DNA of 64,000 nt, taken from positions 43,408-107,407 of IMG/VR virus record IMGVR_UViG_3300046542_000168. One strand, written 5' to 3'. The position numbers were made by a program, and so were the translations under genes. The DNA comes from a virus. Shown piece after piece: positions 61,681-64,000 of this stretch (its first letter is position 1; every line of letters starts with the position of its first letter). The notes beneath the pieces are model-generated. The model made no database searches and was not told where the DNA came from. It saw only the letters and a program-made list of their open reading frames with translations.

Positions 61681-61890
61681 ATGGCACTTAGTAAGCTTGA
61701 TTCGATAGCCCAGGGCGTGACCCTGGCAATGGTTGCGGCCCTCAAGCAATACGCCCAGGACACGCAAGCGGGAAGCTTTAGCGATACAGAATTAACCGAC
61801 CTGCTAGCCCAGCACAGTGGGAGCATGGTTCTAGCCCTGGCATACCTGCAAGCCCAGGGGGAAAGGCGCCGGGGCCCATCTAGAAAATAG
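61681..61890 (+). CDS. hypothetical early protein
   Basis: ORF between neighbours; start uncertain. Confidence 0.5.
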   Translation: MALSKLDSIAQGVTLAMVAALKQYAQDTQAGSFSDTELTDLLAQHSGSMVLALAYLQAQGERRRGPSRK

Positions 61891-61904
61891 TTTATCTTTC
61901 CTTA

Positions 61905-61933
61905 TTGCAGCATGAGACATGCTGCTATAGAAT
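61905..61933 (+). promoter_or_regulatory. early promoter with operator
   Basis: TTGCAG-CATGAGACATGCTGCTA-TAGAAT. Confidence 0.8.
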
Positions 61934-61995
61934 GCTAAGCAAGGGGCAAGGCAAGGGCCAGCCCGGAAAGCCTAGTAAGGCAAAGGAAATAGAAA

Positions 61996-62388
61996 ATGAA
62001 TGCTCAAGACAAACAATCGATTCTGCTGGCTGCCCGTATCGCTAACTACTGCCGTAGCAATGCCCTTTCCCTGGGCGGTCTGGTTGACCGTATCGCTGAA
62101 GACTACCGTTTGACCCAGGCAAATGCAGACGCGGTAATCGAGTATTGCCAGGACCATTGCCTAACCCTAAACGGCCTGCTTAGCGAAATCGCCATCTACG
62201 CTAACGAACTTAACGAACTGGCTAGCGTAGCCAATGAAATTAAAGGCGTAGCGGCTGAATATATCGATGAGCGTTACGACGAATTAACCGAGGTAGAAAA
62301 AGCCTGCTTAGTTGAAATCACCACTAGCGTTTCAATATCTAACAGCCGAATTATTGAGCTGTTCAAGGCTAGCGGTCTGACTTATTAA
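61996..62388 (+). CDS. hypothetical early protein
   Basis: conserved leader plus RBS. Confidence 0.75.
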   Translation: MNAQDKQSILLAARIANYCRSNALSLGGLVDRIAEDYRLTQANADAVIEYCQDHCLTLNGLLSEIAIYANELNELASVANEIKGVAAEYIDERYDELTEVEKACLVEITTSVSISNSRIIELFKASGLTY

Positions 62389-62438
62389 CGCAACTTTTCA
62401 GGGGGAACTTTGTTCCCCCTTCCTGGGAGTAACTTGTA

Positions 62439-62729
62439 ATGACTATGACCGAATTTCTCGCTAATCCAATGGCCCCCGTCGCTATTACCTTTTTCGTTCT
62501 GATGGTCGGTTTTATTGTCGCCCTGGCTTGCCAGTCGAGCGAGCCAACCCCGGAATATCTCCGCATCATGGCCGAACATAACGCCCGCATGGCTGCCTGG
62601 GAGGCTGAAGCCCCGGCCAGGGCTGAAGCATATAAAGCCCAGTATGCCGCACGCCTGGAAACAATGCGCCAGGAATCAGAAGCCCGCCTAGCTTCCTGGC
62701 GTGCTGGCCTTGCGAACAAAGGGGAATAA
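62439..62729 (+). CDS. membrane-anchored early protein
   Basis: single TM plus coiled coil. Confidence 0.65.
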   Translation: MTMTEFLANPMAPVAITFFVLMVGFIVALACQSSEPTPEYLRIMAEHNARMAAWEAEAPARAEAYKAQYAARLETMRQESEARLASWRAGLANKGE

Positions 62730-62733
62730 GACG

Positions 62734-63111
62734 ATGAATAATAAACGCGCTTATGCCCCTTGCTCTAAATGCGGCGCTATTAACCACGGTGCAAGTAAGC
62801 ACCGCCCCGTTAAAGTAGAGGGCGGGGCCTTTTGTGGTCATTGCGGCTCTAAACTAAGCCTCCCAGGCGATGCCCAGGTTAAGCCCGTTACACGCTGGGA
62901 TAAGTTCCCCCCAGCTAATAAACGTTATGTCGTTCGTAAGTTCGAACGGGAATGGGTCGGGAACTATCGCCGGGAACAATGGGTTATTGTTTTCGAGTCT
63001 GATTCTAAAGAGGATGCATTTAATTATTATCAAGCTCAAGCTGGCGGGTATTATCAAGTTGCCGATGAGAGCGTAAGCCCGTTCGACGTTGTTTCAATAA
63101 CTTGTATTTAA
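62734..63111 (+). CDS. zinc-ribbon early protein
   Basis: CSKCG...FCGHCG. Confidence 0.68.
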   Translation: MNNKRAYAPCSKCGAINHGASKHRPVKVEGGAFCGHCGSKLSLPGDAQVKPVTRWDKFPPANKRYVVRKFEREWVGNYRREQWVIVFESDSKEDAFNYYQAQAGGYYQVADESVSPFDVVSITCI

Positions 63112-63151
63112 AGCCTGGGGGCATAGCCCCCAGATTTAAGAGGGTAGCACC

Positions 63152-63466
63152 GTGGTTAAACTTATTCGCTTTGTAGACGGTGTTTTCTTAAACGCTCAAA
63201 ATCCTAGAACTTTCGAGATTCCGTCCGAAGTTGAAAAGGCTAGTGTAGAGCCTGGGCACCATATCAAGGCTGGCGTATTAGTCGGCCTGGGGGATAAATA
63301 CCCTGAAGCCGAACGATTCTGGTTAGAAGTTATATCGAACGATACAGTTAAGCGGGTAGTAACTGGGCGTATTGATAATGACCTAGTTTTAACTGTGGGC
63401 CACGGCTTGCAGTGTGATAATGTGATCGAAGTTCCGTATAACGCTGTATTGGCAACTATGCCGTAA
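63152..63466 (+). CDS. DUF2314-like protein
   Basis: ERFWLEV...GRIDND motif. Confidence 0.6.
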   Translation: MVKLIRFVDGVFLNAQNPRTFEIPSEVEKASVEPGHHIKAGVLVGLGDKYPEAERFWLEVISNDTVKRVVTGRIDNDLVLTVGHGLQCDNVIEVPYNAVLATMP

Positions 63467-63480
63467 TAAGGAGTAAGAAA

Positions 63481-63744
63481 ATGGCAATGAATACAACCCC
63501 AGGCTATATAAAGGCTTTCGTCGATGTTTCTTATATGACGCATGCAGGCGTTAAACATCATATGATGTCGTTTCAACTTGCGACTGGTCGTAATGACGTG
63601 GCCGGTGATATTGACCGCGTAACGCAAAAGAAACTAGCTTGCGAAGCTGACCCTAGTAAAATGCAGGACTATATCAAGGCAGCTATTGCCACGGCTGAAG
63701 CTAACGATTATCAAATTACACTAGACTTCGGCCTTTCGTGCTAA
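63481..63744 (+). CDS. hypothetical early protein
   Basis: RBS TAAGGAG. Confidence 0.72.
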   Translation: MAMNTTPGYIKAFVDVSYMTHAGVKHHMMSFQLATGRNDVAGDIDRVTQKKLACEADPSKMQDYIKAAIATAEANDYQITLDFGLSC

Positions 63745-63798
63745 AGTCCCACCTATAGCCCCAGGGTAAGCCCTGGGGCAACTAAGGAGAGTAACAGC

Positions 63799-64000
63799 AT
63801 GTCTAAAGTTAAAACTATTACTACCGTCGCCCCCGTCAAAGTGGCGGGTATGGAAGTAGGCTCTATCATGCAAGATAAAGACGGTTATTTTTATCGTGCT
63901 AAAGGGCTAAGCGGCGCGCACGACTGGCGGAAAGATAACGACCATCGCCCGACTATCGATGACGTTAAGCAGGACTTGCCCCCAGGCGGTACTATCCCCC
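63799..64000 (+). CDS. hypothetical protein, truncated by window end
   Basis: RBS TAAGGAG, MSKVKTITTV..., open to the end. Confidence 0.6.
   Translation, partial: MSKVKTITTVAPVKVAGMEVGSIMQDKDGYFYRAKGLSGAHDWRKDNDHRPTIDDVKQDLPPGGTIP

Overview
A 64-kb segment of a large tailed dsDNA phage (lambda/T1-type siphovirus tail). The host is very probably a Pseudomonas, because two MvaT-family nucleoid proteins are encoded. Layout: (1) 0.1-5.2 kb: a coiled-coil protein gene followed by a ~310-nt structured RNA, then 21 CCA-ending tRNA genes covering all 20 amino acids. These are interspersed with further structured RNAs, a circularly permuted tRNA-like element, a small 2OG-Fe(II) oxygenase and an antisense mvaT-like gene. 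(2) 5.2-38.4 kb: a complete packaging, head, tail and lysis module with two tail-tube paralogs, a 2155-aa central fibre and three paralogous side fibres. (3) 38.4-45 kb: a coupled operon of small membrane proteins plus a HicA-like gene, then an SPFH protein and hypotheticals. (4) 44.5-50.5 kb: a plasmid-like maintenance and control region. It has iterons, a RepL-like initiator and a type Ib ParA plus RHH partition pair embedded in ~1.2 kb of DNA with 4-nt periodicity. It also has three tandem promoter-sRNA-terminator cassettes (one under a perfect LexA box), a second mvaT and terminal-type repeats. (5) 50.5-64 kb: about 35 small early-type genes, CCWGG-rich, whose sigma70 promoters carry a shared palindromic operator. 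Together this suggests a large, tRNA-rich phage that can also persist as a repressed, SOS-responsive plasmid prophage. All family assignments are by eye from motifs and gene order; no database searches or folding programs were run.
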